61,760 nucleotides of DNA from an uncultured Roseivirgaceae bacterium (GCA_964581095.1 CAZONK010000001.1:1745-63504); one strand, 5' to 3'; numbered from the stretch's first letter, positions 27,705 through 37,932 are shown. Numbers and translations are program-made. Notes: a model not told the origin generated them from the sequence alone.

Positions 27705-28808
27705 ATGGGGCAGTACATTATCATCCTATTCGAAATCATTGCGATATTACATTTGTCATACCAGGTGTATTTCATTATTGGATTGCTGAAAATATCACCC
27801 ACTGCTCATCGGTCTGACAAGGATGTAACCATTGTAGTAGCAGCACGGAATGAATTTGAAAATCTTAAAAAACTAGTTCCTGCATTGTTTGCACAAAAAT
27901 ACCCAAGATATGAAGTGATTATTGCAATTAACAACTCCAGCGATGCGAGTTTTGACTATTTAAGTAGCCTGAAAGATAAATATCCTTCTTTGAAAATTGT
28001 AAATATTGATCATATACCTGAACATATCAACAGCAAAAAATATGCCCTGACATTGGCAATTAAAGCTGCTCAATACGAAACAATACTCTTAACAGATGCT
28101 GACTGTGTGCCTGACTCTGAAAACTGGATCCAACGAATGGCAGATGGGTTTGAAAAAGGTAAACAAATTGTTATTGGTTTTTCACCATACATATCTGAAA
28201 GTGGATTTTTAAATAAACTGATTCGGTTTGAAACTTTATTTTCAGGTATCCAATACATATCAGCAGCATCCAATAAACATGCATACATGGGTGTTGGACG
28301 TAACCTGGCTTATAGCAAAAAATTGTTTCTTGATCATAATGGCTTTAATGGTTTTTTGAAGGTAACGGGAGGTGATGATGATTTATTTGTAAACAAGTGG
28401 GCAACAGAGAATAATACTGCAGTTATTTTGGATAAAGAATCCAGCGTATTATCAATTCCACAAAGAACGTATGCAGGATATTTCAAACAAAAAGTCAGGC
28501 ATGTATCCGTTGCGAAATATTATTCGAAAAAGAGTAAATTCTTTCTGGGAATTTATTCATTTACACATATCAGTCTTTGGATTTTATTTGCAGGAATGTT
28601 AATTTTTTTACCCAGCAATTTTTTGTATTCATTGACATTTATAACTGCCTATTTACCATTTTTAGTTGCATTTGAAATTTTAAAAAGGAAATCCGGCGTA
28701 AATTTCTCGATGCCATTAACAATTATTATAGACTTTGTTTACCTGTTTTTCTATATTTTCGTGGGAATGCGCATATTGTTCACAAAACGTATCGAATGGA
28801 CGAGGTAA
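27705..28808 (+). CDS. Family 2 glycosyltransferase, membrane-bound
   Basis: It has the VVAARNE and TDADC (DxD) motifs and C-terminal TM helices. Confidence 0.8.
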   Translation: MGQYIIILFEIIAILHLSYQVYFIIGLLKISPTAHRSDKDVTIVVAARNEFENLKKLVPALFAQKYPRYEVIIAINNSSDASFDYLSSLKDKYPSLKIVNIDHIPEHINSKKYALTLAIKAAQYETILLTDADCVPDSENWIQRMADGFEKGKQIVIGFSPYISESGFLNKLIRFETLFSGIQYISAASNKHAYMGVGRNLAYSKKLFLDHNGFNGFLKVTGGDDDLFVNKWATENNTAVILDKESSVLSIPQRTYAGYFKQKVRHVSVAKYYSKKSKFFLGIYSFTHISLWILFAGMLIFLPSNFLYSLTFITAYLPFLVAFEILKRKSGVNFSMPLTIIIDFVYLFFYIFVGMRILFTKRIEWTR

Positions 28809-29407
28809 AGAAACAATTTTCTGCGAAAGCCCTTGAGGATTTTAAACTCATTGATCAGGCCACCAAGGAAAAAAATGAACAAGCCTTCGCAATGCTTATG
28901 GAAAGGTATAAAAAGCCTGTTTACCATATGATATTGAAAATGGTACGAAATGTAGATGATGCCGAAGATTTAACTATTGAGGCCTTTGCCAAGGCTTTTA
29001 AAAATTTAGATCGATTTAAGAAGGATTATACGTTCAGTACCTGGCTATTCAGGATTGCAACTAATAATTCCATTGATTTCATTCGGAAAAAAAGATTGGA
29101 AACTATGAGTCTTGATACCTCCTATCAGGATGAAAGTGGTGAGAATGTATCCATCGATCTGCCCGATAAGGATCTGGATCCACAAGAAAAAGCAATAAAA
29201 TCGCAGAAAAAAGAGCTGGTTCAAATGTTTGTCACAAAGTTGCCAGCAAAATATCAACGTTTGGTTCGGCTCCGGTATTTCAAGGAATTTTCCTATGAAG
29301 AAATTGCAAGGGAGTTAGAGGCTCCGTTAGGTACAATCAAAGCACAATTGCACAGAGCAAGGGAATTGATGTATGAACTGGTGAAAGGCAAGGAAGACCA
29401 TATGTAA
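28796..29407 (+). CDS. RNA polymerase sigma-70 family factor (ECF-like)
   Basis: Region 2 (YKKPVYHMILKMVRNVDDAEDLTIEAF) and the region 4 HTH (FSYEEIARELEAPLGTIKAQLHRAR) are both present. Confidence 0.85.
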   Translation: MDEVKKQFSAKALEDFKLIDQATKEKNEQAFAMLMERYKKPVYHMILKMVRNVDDAEDLTIEAFAKAFKNLDRFKKDYTFSTWLFRIATNNSIDFIRKKRLETMSLDTSYQDESGENVSIDLPDKDLDPQEKAIKSQKKELVQMFVTKLPAKYQRLVRLRYFKEFSYEEIARELEAPLGTIKAQLHRARELMYELVKGKEDHM

Positions 29408-29422
29408 AGGCTTTCAGTTTCT

Positions 29423-30058
29423 ATGGATTCCCCTGATAATTTATTTAAATATTTCCCGGAACTTTCTTCTCTCCAAAAAGACAAAATAAAAAAACTCAAG
29501 AGCCTGTATTCTTCCTGGACCAACAAAATCAATTTGATCTCCCGAAAGGATATTGACTTTTTCTACGAACGGCATGTATTGCATTCACTGGCAATTGCAA
29601 AAATTATTTCATTTCAACAGGGAACACGGATAATGGATGCGGGAACTGGAGGTGGATTCCCTGGTATCCCGCTGGCGATTCTTTTTCCGGAAGTTTCTTT
29701 TCACCTGGTTGATTCAACACGTAAAAAAATAAGAGTAGTCAATGAGATTTCAAATTTACTTGAACTTGACAATGTAACTGCAACCGGGGAAAGGGTTGAA
29801 AATGTGGAAGGATCATATGATTTTATCATCAGCAGGGCTGTTACCAGGATGTCTGTGTTTTATGGTTGGGTACATGGGAAAGTTAATAACAAATCATTCA
29901 ATCCACTTAACAATGGAATCCTCTATTTAAAAGGAGGTGATCTGGAGGAAGAAATGAATAAATTGGGTAAACCCTATACATCTTTTTCAGTCTCAGACTA
30001 TTTTTTCGAACCTTTTTTTGAAACCAAAAAGGTTATTCATCTGCCGGTAGATGGGTAA
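29423..30058 (+). CDS. rsmG: 16S rRNA (guanine527-N7)-methyltransferase
   Basis: It has the SAM motif DAGTGGGFPGIPLAI and a GidB-like length and layout. Confidence 0.9.
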   Translation: MDSPDNLFKYFPELSSLQKDKIKKLKSLYSSWTNKINLISRKDIDFFYERHVLHSLAIAKIISFQQGTRIMDAGTGGGFPGIPLAILFPEVSFHLVDSTRKKIRVVNEISNLLELDNVTATGERVENVEGSYDFIISRAVTRMSVFYGWVHGKVNNKSFNPLNNGILYLKGGDLEEEMNKLGKPYTSFSVSDYFFEPFFETKKVIHLPVDG

Positions 30059-30087
30059 TATTGTTAAAATTCGTATCTAGATATTCG

Positions 30088-30246
30088 TATTTTACCATGT
30101 ATATTGCTAGTTAAAGTGTCATTTTACATGGTATTCAAAATATTTTACCATGTATTTTGCTTTTTTTACTTTCATTATACATGGTAAATAAATATATTTA
30201 CAATGTAATTAGTATAAGTATCTAACAATATTCATGGTAAAAAGAC
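30088..30246 (+). repeat. Three tandem 53-bp units, each with an inverted pair of TACCATGTA/TACATGGTA half-sites; candidate operator array
   Basis: Half-sites lie at 30093, 30125, 30146 and 30178 (all exact), and at 30199 (tacaatgta) and 30231 (ttcatggta, overlapping the ATG). Spacing alternates 32 and 21 bp. The 15-mer tattttaccatgtat is exact at 30088 and 30141. Confidence 0.6.
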
Positions 30247-31409
30247 AAAAGGAAGAAAGAATTTTGACCCTACTGAAACAATTTCCCGCCATTGGAATTG
30301 TTGGCCCGAGACAAGTAGGTAAAACAACCATTGCAAAAGGAATAATTCCTAAAATAAAAAAGAACGTGATCTATTTGGATTTGGAACTGCTTTCAGATCT
30401 TGGGAAACTTACTAATCCGGAAATTTATTTATCTGAAAATTCTGATAAATGCATCATAATAGATGAAATACAACGGAGAAAGGATTTATTTCCACTACTT
30501 AGGGCTTTAATAGATCAGCACAATGAACCGGGAAGGTTTATTCTTCTTGGCAGTGCATCCCCAGAACTAATACGTAATTCCTCTGAGTCGCTTGCCGGGC
30601 GAATAATATACAACGAAATAACTTCATTTAATGTTAGTGAAGTTGGATATTCGAAATTTGGGAACCATTGGTTCAGAGGTGGTTTCCCAAGAGCATTTTT
30701 ATCTGAATCAGATACATCTGCAATGAACTGGATTACCAGCTTTGTGCAATCGTACGTCGAACGTGACTTACCCCAATTAGGTTTGAATGTAAGTCCTATA
30801 AAACTTTACAGATTTTTCAGAATGTTGGCACATTCTCATGGAAGTTTATGGAATTCAAACTTAATATCTAAATCATTGGAGAGTAGTAGGGGGACTATAA
30901 ACAGGTACACTGATTTTTTTGAACATTCATACTTAATTAGAAAACTTGAACCATTTCATGCAAATACCAAGAAGCGGTTGGTTAAATCACCAAAAATGTA
31001 CCTGCGCGATACTGGTTTGCTACACTACCTGTTGGGTATTTCAAATATAAATGCATTAAAAGAGCATATTGCACTTGGGAATTCCTGGGAAGGGTATGTC
31101 ATAGAACAAATTCTACAATTACTACCAACTGGTTTTGAGGGATATTTTTACCGAACGCAACAGGGATCAGAATGCGACTTATTGATAACTCATTCGGGTA
31201 AGCCTTTTTCTTGTATTGAAATCAAGTATTCGGAAGCCCCAAAAATAACGAAGGGATTCAGAATCTCAATAAACGACCTGAAAACGCCTTCTAATTATAT
31301 CATAACGCCCTACTCTGATGACTATCCAATTGATGAAAATATCAGGGTATGTAGTTTGGAAAGATTTCTTAACTATTATTTGGATCAACTAGAAAATTTG
31401 ACACCGTAA
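30234..31409 (+). CDS. AAA+ ATPase of the COG1373/DUF4143 type, paralog of 5761..6945
   Basis: 391 aa with Walker A GPRQVGKTT and Walker B IIIDEIQ. The C-terminal pattern YLRDTGL...WEGYVIEQ is also present. Confidence 0.8.
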   Translation: MVKRQKEERILTLLKQFPAIGIVGPRQVGKTTIAKGIIPKIKKNVIYLDLELLSDLGKLTNPEIYLSENSDKCIIIDEIQRRKDLFPLLRALIDQHNEPGRFILLGSASPELIRNSSESLAGRIIYNEITSFNVSEVGYSKFGNHWFRGGFPRAFLSESDTSAMNWITSFVQSYVERDLPQLGLNVSPIKLYRFFRMLAHSHGSLWNSNLISKSLESSRGTINRYTDFFEHSYLIRKLEPFHANTKKRLVKSPKMYLRDTGLLHYLLGISNINALKEHIALGNSWEGYVIEQILQLLPTGFEGYFYRTQQGSECDLLITHSGKPFSCIEIKYSEAPKITKGFRISINDLKTPSNYIITPYSDDYPIDENIRVCSLERFLNYYLDQLENLTP

Positions 31410-31410
31410 T

Positions 31411-33258
31411 CTAGATTTTATAAACTGAAACTTGTAAATTAATTGTTTCCGTAGTGCCCCCAAACTTTACAATAATTTCTATTTGGTTCCCAATAACTAA
31501 TTCAAATAAATAAGTTCCCAGATAATTACTACCTCCTCGCAAAACTGGTGATCCACTTCCATCTATTGTTATTTCAATATCTGAACCAACACCTAAAAGA
31601 GAATAACCTTGAACTGAAATTGAATACACACCATCTTCTAGTATGGTAATTGTAGAACCGGTTATTAAATTTCCTTTATCCAAAGTAGCCCCCGAGAGAT
31701 CCAGAGCAACATCCCCTGCCCCAGAGGATGTGTAATTAATACCGGCACTTATTGCATAATCTGTTGCTACTTTGGCCTCCAAAAACCCAAGATTCACCAC
31801 GTCATTTAGATTTACCGGATCTCCAACATTAATAATTTTATTACCACTGGCATCCAGGTCGGCATTCAGTGTGCCAAATGACACAATTTTGTCACCCCCC
31901 GAATCGCTGAGGCGAAGCGTATTGCCTGCTTCATTTGTAAAGCTGCTAATCAATTCATTCAATACACTATTATCATTGTCAGCTACTGATATTGTTGTAC
32001 CCGTCCCTCCGGAAATATTGATTGTGCGATTGGTACCAGCAGATGAAGAACTCAGATCTTGACTATCTGTGTTATCCAAATAACCTGATAAATCCACAGA
32101 TCCTCCTGAGGAAAGGGTCAGGTTGTTAGAAACATTACTTAAAGTCTGAATTTCGTTGGCCGGGTCAGTATCGGCATCGTCCACTTCATCAATACACGTT
32201 CCTCCCCCATTCGATAAATCTACCTGGTTCCCTACCTTGGTTAAAACCTGCAATTCATTTGTATTGTCCGAATCACCGTCATCCACAGATATACTTCCAC
32301 CCCCATCCGATAACGTAACTGTATTTAATATCTTGTTAATGGTTTGTAACTCGTTACCAGCGTCATCATCATTGTCGGCTACATCAAATGACACACTATT
32401 CCCATTCGAAATATCAATGGTGCGTTGTGTGGTCGTGGATGATACATTCAATGTTTGACTATCCGTATTATCCAGGTAGGGTGTGAGGTCAATCACTGTT
32501 GGTGTTCCGTTCAGGGTCAAACTCAAAAGATTTCCGGATAATTGAAGGTCCTGGATTTCGTTCAATGGATCTGCATCGGCATCATCAATATTTTTGTTAT
32601 CCACATATATTTTGGTAGCAGCGTCATTTTTATTCACGGGGTTGCCCAACCCGGTCAAATTCTTTCCACCGGCATCAGCTCCATTGTTCAATACACTGGT
32701 AAGATTTTGATTGCCTTCACTTCCGGTTATAATGTATTCAGGATAATTTCCGGTTACAGTTACATTACCTCCTCCAAGGAGCTTCACCGGTACATCAGGT
32801 TGGGTATTTGATATAACGCCATCCGATATCCCCAAACCCTCTCCGGCATGTAACCCCGAACCTGCCTGCGATGCATACATCGCATAAGGTACACTGAATA
32901 TTTGTTGTGCCCCAACCATCTGATAATCAGCACCACCATTCAAATCCATTTCTATCTGCAACCATTTATCACCGGCAGACCAGTCAACATTTTGCAGCTT
33001 TCCTGCTTTCTCACCCTGACCGATTGTTACTGTAAACAAACCGAAAGAATTGGTTGTAACTATATGGGTTTCGCTGTAGTCAACAGTTCCCGACACACCA
33101 CCCGTCAAAATATTTACCCGGATACTGATGGCCTGATGGACCTGCGGGCTCCCATCGCTGTTCCGGGCTACCCCCTGGTAATTGAAACCAATCGGAGCCT
33201 GTGCCACGACCTGGTAAAAACTAACTATTAAGATTAAAAATGTTCCTGCTACCTTCAT
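31411..33258 (-). CDS. Secreted tail-fibre-like repeat protein
   Basis: It has a signal peptide (VAQA) and an N-terminal domain GFNYQGVARNSDG...SVPYAMYA. Five acidic D-x-D...NE[IL]Q repeat units follow. A fibre-type motif NKIINVGDPVNLNDVVNLGFLE precedes a beta-rich C-terminal head. Confidence 0.6.
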   Translation of the reverse strand: MKVAGTFLILIVSFYQVVAQAPIGFNYQGVARNSDGSPQVHQAISIRVNILTGGVSGTVDYSETHIVTTNSFGLFTVTIGQGEKAGKLQNVDWSAGDKWLQIEMDLNGGADYQMVGAQQIFSVPYAMYASQAGSGLHAGEGLGISDGVISNTQPDVPVKLLGGGNVTVTGNYPEYIITGSEGNQNLTSVLNNGADAGGKNLTGLGNPVNKNDAATKIYVDNKNIDDADADPLNEIQDLQLSGNLLSLTLNGTPTVIDLTPYLDNTDSQTLNVSSTTTQRTIDISNGNSVSFDVADNDDDAGNELQTINKILNTVTLSDGGGSISVDDGDSDNTNELQVLTKVGNQVDLSNGGGTCIDEVDDADTDPANEIQTLSNVSNNLTLSSGGSVDLSGYLDNTDSQDLSSSSAGTNRTINISGGTGTTISVADNDNSVLNELISSFTNEAGNTLRLSDSGGDKIVSFGTLNADLDASGNKIINVGDPVNLNDVVNLGFLEAKVATDYAISAGINYTSSGAGDVALDLSGATLDKGNLITGSTITILEDGVYSISVQGYSLLGVGSDIEITIDGSGSPVLRGGSNYLGTYLFELVIGNQIEIIVKFGGTTETINLQVSVYKI

Positions 33259-33270
33259 TACCCCTCTTTC

Positions 33271-33777
33271 TTAATTATCCGAAACCCTTATTACCTTAAA
33301 TGAACCCAACAAATCATCATTGGCACCATACGCCCTTACAATATAAACTCCTTGTGCCAGTAAACTGAAACTCACTTTTCGATTGTCCAGAATATTTTCC
33401 TGAACTAACTTACCATATGTATCAAAAATTTCGATCCTTTCAATATACCTGTTGCATTCTGTATCCCGGATTGTCATGATATCCTGAACAGGGTTTGGGA
33501 AATAGTCAATTTTCAAATCACTGCAAGGTTCCTCAACTTCAGGTTGCAAAAATCCTTGTGTTATAATACCACCGGGCCCTGAAATTGTTTCTATCGCCAT
33601 TTCTCCAAATGAAACTGAAACCAATGAAAATGATGCAGAATGTGTCCAACCGGAATAATTAATTACTTCCGGAGTAACCCTCTGGGCATAAGTTATTAGC
33701 CCGTTTCCGTTCATTAAAATAAACACTAACAGAAATGGCCCTAATTTATTAAGGTATCGGTTAGGAGGCATTACCAT
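33271..33777 (-). CDS. Small secreted protein with T9SS type-A C-terminal sorting domain
   Basis: It has an N-terminal signal. The C-terminal ~80 aa (YFPNPVQDIMTI...IEIFDTYGKLV...LAQGVYIVRAY...KVIRV) fit the Por secretion tail pattern. Confidence 0.7.
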   Translation of the reverse strand: MVMPPNRYLNKLGPFLLVFILMNGNGLITYAQRVTPEVINYSGWTHSASFSLVSVSFGEMAIETISGPGGIITQGFLQPEVEEPCSDLKIDYFPNPVQDIMTIRDTECNRYIERIEIFDTYGKLVQENILDNRKVSFSLLAQGVYIVRAYGANDDLLGSFKVIRVSDN

Positions 33778-33963
33778 TTATTTTTAATTTCGTAAATGAG
33801 GTTTATCTCATTGGTAAATAAAGGAAAATTAATACTCTTTTCGCCAACCTTTAGAACCCAATAATAATACATTTTCGGCTTCATTTTAAGAAATAAGGGG
33901 TTTTAAGGAAAGAAAGTAGTTTATTTTAGTCCGTTACGTTACATATTTTATTAAAAAAATACA

Positions 33964-36900
33964 ATGCCGCAATTTTCTCATCTTCATAACCATACCCAAT
34001 ACTCATTATTGGATGGAGCCGCCAGTATCCCCGGAATAATGAAAAAAGCCAGTGAAGATGGAATGACTGCGGTTGCGCTTACCGATCATGGCAACATGTT
34101 TGGTGCATTCAAATTTGTTGCGGAAGCAAGTAAATATAATATCAAACCCATTGTTGGTTGTGAATTTTACCTTGTTGAGGATCGTAAAAAACAAAAATTT
34201 GTTAAAGAAGATCGTGACAATAGACGCCATCAGTTATTACTGGCAAAAAATAAGGAAGGATATAAAAATTTATCAAAATTATGTTCACTGGGTTACATCG
34301 AAGGCATGTACTCCAAATGGCCCCGGGTTGACAAAGAATTAATAGAAAAATATCACAAAGGTCTCATTGCTACTTCTTGCTGCCTGGCAGCAGAAATTCC
34401 CCAAACAATTCTCACTAAAGGAGAGGAAGAAGCGGAGGAAAAATTAAAATGGTGGCTTGATCTATTTGGGGAAGACTTCTACATCGAATTGCAACGTCAT
34501 GACCTGAAGGAGCAGGGAATTGTAAATGATGTTCTAATTCGGTTTGCCAAAAAATATAATATAAAGACGATCGCCACCAACGATTCCCATTATGTTGATC
34601 AGGAAGATTCCAATGCCCATGATATCCTGTTATGTGTGAATACGGCGGAATTACAAAGTAAACCCATCTGGAAAGGAGCCGGTTCGGGTGGAAGGGATTT
34701 TCGGTTCGGGTTTCCCAATAATGAGTTTTATTTCAAAACACAAAATGAAATGTTGGAATTGTTTTCAGATATACCCGAAGCAATAGACAACACGAACGAA
34801 ATTGTAGATAAAGTTGAAGTTCTGGACTTAAAAAGGGACATTTTACTTCCTAATTTTCCACTTCCACCTGGGCATACAGACGCAGATGAATACCTCAAAC
34901 ACATCACATTCGCGGGTGCCAAATCACCAAAAAGATACGGTGAAATAACCAGTGAAGTTGAAGAACGCATTAATCACGAACTATCCATCGTGAAACACAT
35001 GGGGTTTGCAGGGTATTTTCTGATAGTTGCAGATTTGATAAATGCGGGTCGAAATATGGGTGTCATGATCGGACCTGGTCGTGGTTCTGCAGCTGGCTCG
35101 GTGGTTGCCTATTGTATAGGAATCACAAACATTGACCCAATTAAGTACAGCCTGATATTTGAACGTTTTCTCAATCCCGAGCGGATAAGTATGCCTGATA
35201 TAGATACTGATTTCGATGATGAAGGACGCCAGAAAGTAATCGATTACGTTGTTGAAAAATATGGGTACAACCAGGTGGCACAGATTATCACATTTGGCAC
35301 AATGGCTGCAAGAAGCTCTATACGAGATGTTGCCCGTGTTCGCGACCTTCCCCTCGCGGAATCAAATGCAATTGCAAAACTAGTCCCGGAACGACCAGGA
35401 ACAACACTCCAAAAAGCTTTTGAAGAAGTAGCCGAACTTTCAGATATCCGGAGAGGGAAAGATGAACGTGGGAATGTAATCCAACTTGCGGAAAAATTGG
35501 AAGGCTCTATACGAAATACCGGAATTCATGCCGCCGGCGTAATAATTGCACCTGACGATCTTACAAATTATATTCCGGTATCTACTTCAAAAGATTCAAA
35601 CCTGCTTGTTACACAATTTGATGGTAAAGTCATCGAAGATGCAGGGATGTTGAAAATGGATTTTCTGGGGTTGAAGACACTTTCAATTATTAAGGATGCA
35701 ATTGAAATGATCCGACACACCAAAGGGGTTGATATAGATATAGACGCGATCCCATTTGATGACGTGAAAACATTTGAGTTATATCAGAATGCGAACACTA
35801 TTGGAACATTTCAGTTCGAATCGCAGGGAATGCGAAAATATCTGCAGGCATTGAAACCTACAGATATCGAAGATCTTATTGCCATGAATGCTCTGTATCG
35901 TCCTGGCCCAATGGAGTTTATTCCAAACTTTATTGATCGTAAACATGGAAAAGAAAAGGTAGTTTACCCCCATCCTCTACTGATAGACATCCTGAAAAAC
36001 ACACATGGTATCATGGTTTACCAGGAGCAAATTATGCAAACTGCCCAGATCATTGGTGGGTATTCTTTAGGACAGGCAGATTTACTCCGCAGGGCAATGG
36101 GTAAAAAGAAAAAAGATGAAATGGCCCGTCAAAAAGATATATTCGTTAAAGGAGCCAAAGAAAAACATGATATTAATGCAAAGAAGGCCGAGGATATTTT
36201 TGGGGTAATGGAAAAATTTGCAGCCTATGGCTTCAATCGTTCTCATTCTGCTGCATATTCCGTGGTAGCTTACCAAACTGCTTATCTAAAGGCCCATTAC
36301 CCTGCAGAGTACATGGCTTCAGTATTAACCCATAACCAAAGCAACATTGATAAGATCACTTTTTTTATGGATGAATGTCGTAAACAGGGTATCACGGTTT
36401 TGGGGCCCGAAATAAATGAAAGCCGGATGAAATTTACGGTAAACAAAAACGGGGAAATACGATTTGGCCTGGGCGCAATAAAGGGAACAGGTGATGCAGC
36501 CGTAGAATCAATAATTGAAGAAAGGGATGAAAATGGAAATTTTGAAGAAATATTTGATTTTGCATCAAGGGCAAACCTGAGAACGGTAAATAAAAAAACG
36601 TTTGAAAGCCTTGCCATGGCAGGGGCATTTGACAACTTTAAATCCTACAATCGTCGTCAATATTTAGAAAAACCAGAAAATGGGGATTCTTCACTAATCG
36701 AATTGGCAATAAAATATGGAAACAAAGCCCAGTTGGAGAAGAGTGCTTCACAACATTCACTGTTTGGCGGAGATTCTGGCGTGGAAGTTGCCAAACCACA
36801 GTTCCCACCAATGGAGCCCTACAGTGAAATAGAAAAACTAAAAATTGAAAAAGAAGTTGTAGGATTCTACATTTCCGGACATCCCCTCGACCAGTTTAAA

Positions 36901-37521
36901 ATTGACCTGAAGTATTTTTGTACTTGTTCTACAGATAAATATGAAGAATACCGCAACCAGATAATTAACATTGGCGGCATTGTTACAAAATATATTGAAC
37001 GCTATACAAAGACAGGAAAACCATTCGGATTATTCTCTATCGAGGATTTTAATGGTGTACTGGATATTGCAATGTTTGGAGAGGAATACCTGAAAAACAA
37101 ACATTTCCTGAACCCTGGTAACTTCCTTTATTTAACCGGAAAAGTAGAAGAACGGTATAAACAACCCGGGGTTTGGGAATTTCGACCAAAATTAATCCGC
37201 CTTCTAAATGATGTAAGGGATGAACTTGCTAAGGAACTGGTAATTGATATGGAAGTTTCTGACCTTTCTAAGGATATCATGGACAAAATTGAATCAGCAA
37301 TACTTGCTTCTCCAGGAAAATGTAATCTGAAAGTAAATTTAACCGAGATTGAAAGTGGTTTGAAAGTTGACCTGATTTCAAAAAAATTTATGGTTGGAAT
37401 AACCAATGAAATTGTGGAACAAATTGAGCACATTGACGGGCTTCGGATAGACATAACAAGGAAAAAAATTGATGTTCCAAAAGACAAAAAACCTGACTAT
37501 AAAAAATTTGCTAAGGCATAA
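33964..37521 (+). CDS. dnaE: DNA polymerase III alpha subunit
   Basis: 1185 aa with the PHP domain HLHNHTQYSLLDGA, a polymerase core and a C-terminal OB fold region. Confidence 0.95.
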   Translation: MPQFSHLHNHTQYSLLDGAASIPGIMKKASEDGMTAVALTDHGNMFGAFKFVAEASKYNIKPIVGCEFYLVEDRKKQKFVKEDRDNRRHQLLLAKNKEGYKNLSKLCSLGYIEGMYSKWPRVDKELIEKYHKGLIATSCCLAAEIPQTILTKGEEEAEEKLKWWLDLFGEDFYIELQRHDLKEQGIVNDVLIRFAKKYNIKTIATNDSHYVDQEDSNAHDILLCVNTAELQSKPIWKGAGSGGRDFRFGFPNNEFYFKTQNEMLELFSDIPEAIDNTNEIVDKVEVLDLKRDILLPNFPLPPGHTDADEYLKHITFAGAKSPKRYGEITSEVEERINHELSIVKHMGFAGYFLIVADLINAGRNMGVMIGPGRGSAAGSVVAYCIGITNIDPIKYSLIFERFLNPERISMPDIDTDFDDEGRQKVIDYVVEKYGYNQVAQIITFGTMAARSSIRDVARVRDLPLAESNAIAKLVPERPGTTLQKAFEEVAELSDIRRGKDERGNVIQLAEKLEGSIRNTGIHAAGVIIAPDDLTNYIPVSTSKDSNLLVTQFDGKVIEDAGMLKMDFLGLKTLSIIKDAIEMIRHTKGVDIDIDAIPFDDVKTFELYQNANTIGTFQFESQGMRKYLQALKPTDIEDLIAMNALYRPGPMEFIPNFIDRKHGKEKVVYPHPLLIDILKNTHGIMVYQEQIMQTAQIIGGYSLGQADLLRRAMGKKKKDEMARQKDIFVKGAKEKHDINAKKAEDIFGVMEKFAAYGFNRSHSAAYSVVAYQTAYLKAHYPAEYMASVLTHNQSNIDKITFFMDECRKQGITVLGPEINESRMKFTVNKNGEIRFGLGAIKGTGDAAVESIIEERDENGNFEEIFDFASRANLRTVNKKTFESLAMAGAFDNFKSYNRRQYLEKPENGDSSLIELAIKYGNKAQLEKSASQHSLFGGDSGVEVAKPQFPPMEPYSEIEKLKIEKEVVGFYISGHPLDQFKIDLKYFCTCSTDKYEEYRNQIINIGGIVTKYIERYTKTGKPFGLFSIEDFNGVLDIAMFGEEYLKNKHFLNPGNFLYLTGKVEERYKQPGVWEFRPKLIRLLNDVRDELAKELVIDMEVSDLSKDIMDKIESAILASPGKCNLKVNLTEIESGLKVDLISKKFMVGITNEIVEQIEHIDGLRIDITRKKIDVPKDKKPDYKKFAKA

Positions 37522-37535
37522 GGAACAAAAAACTA

Positions 37536-37543
37536 TATATTTG
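37536..37543 (+). promoter_or_regulatory. -7 promoter box TATATTTG
   Basis: It matches TAnnTTTG, 43 nt upstream of the trxA start. Confidence 0.4.
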
Positions 37544-37586
37544 CGTTTTCATTTTCAAATACTATTAACACTATTTATTTACAACA

Positions 37587-37907
37587 ATGAGCACAATTGA
37601 AATTAACGACGATAATTTTGAAGAAATACTAAAAACAGATAAACCGGTTATGGTTGATTTTTGGGCAGAATGGTGTGGCCCTTGTAAAATGATTGGTCCA
37701 GTTGTAGCCGAAATGGCTGGAGAATATGACGGTAAAGCCGTAATTGGAAAAGTAGATGTTGACAATAATCCAGGAGTTTCAGCTAAGTTTGGCATTCGAA
37801 GCATACCAACATTACTATTTTTTAAAAATGGTGAGATTGTAGATAAGCAAATAGGAGCTGTACCTAAAACTGTACTGACGGGTAAACTTGATGCTCAGTT
37901 AGGATAA
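37587..37907 (+). CDS. trxA: Thioredoxin
   Basis: 106 aa with the WCGPC active site. Confidence 0.9.
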   Translation: MSTIEINDDNFEEILKTDKPVMVDFWAEWCGPCKMIGPVVAEMAGEYDGKAVIGKVDVDNNPGVSAKFGIRSIPTLLFFKNGEIVDKQIGAVPKTVLTGKLDAQLG

Positions 37908-37932
37908 TAAATAGTACCCATCAAGATCTTCT

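Noticed and set aside
30088-30246. I considered that the 53-bp tandem repeats might be a miniature CRISPR array.
   Set aside because: The units are contiguous with no unique spacers, they diverge from one another, and there are no cas genes. Their internal inverted half-sites fit an operator array better.
31411-31800. The C-terminal head of the 615-aa fibre-like protein could be a C1q/TNF-like jelly roll or a cryptic T9SS tail, given the GVYSISVQG segment.
   Set aside because: The evidence is only a short pattern resemblance, and about 70 further residues follow it, unlike a T9SS C-terminal domain. The fold cannot be assigned without structure prediction.
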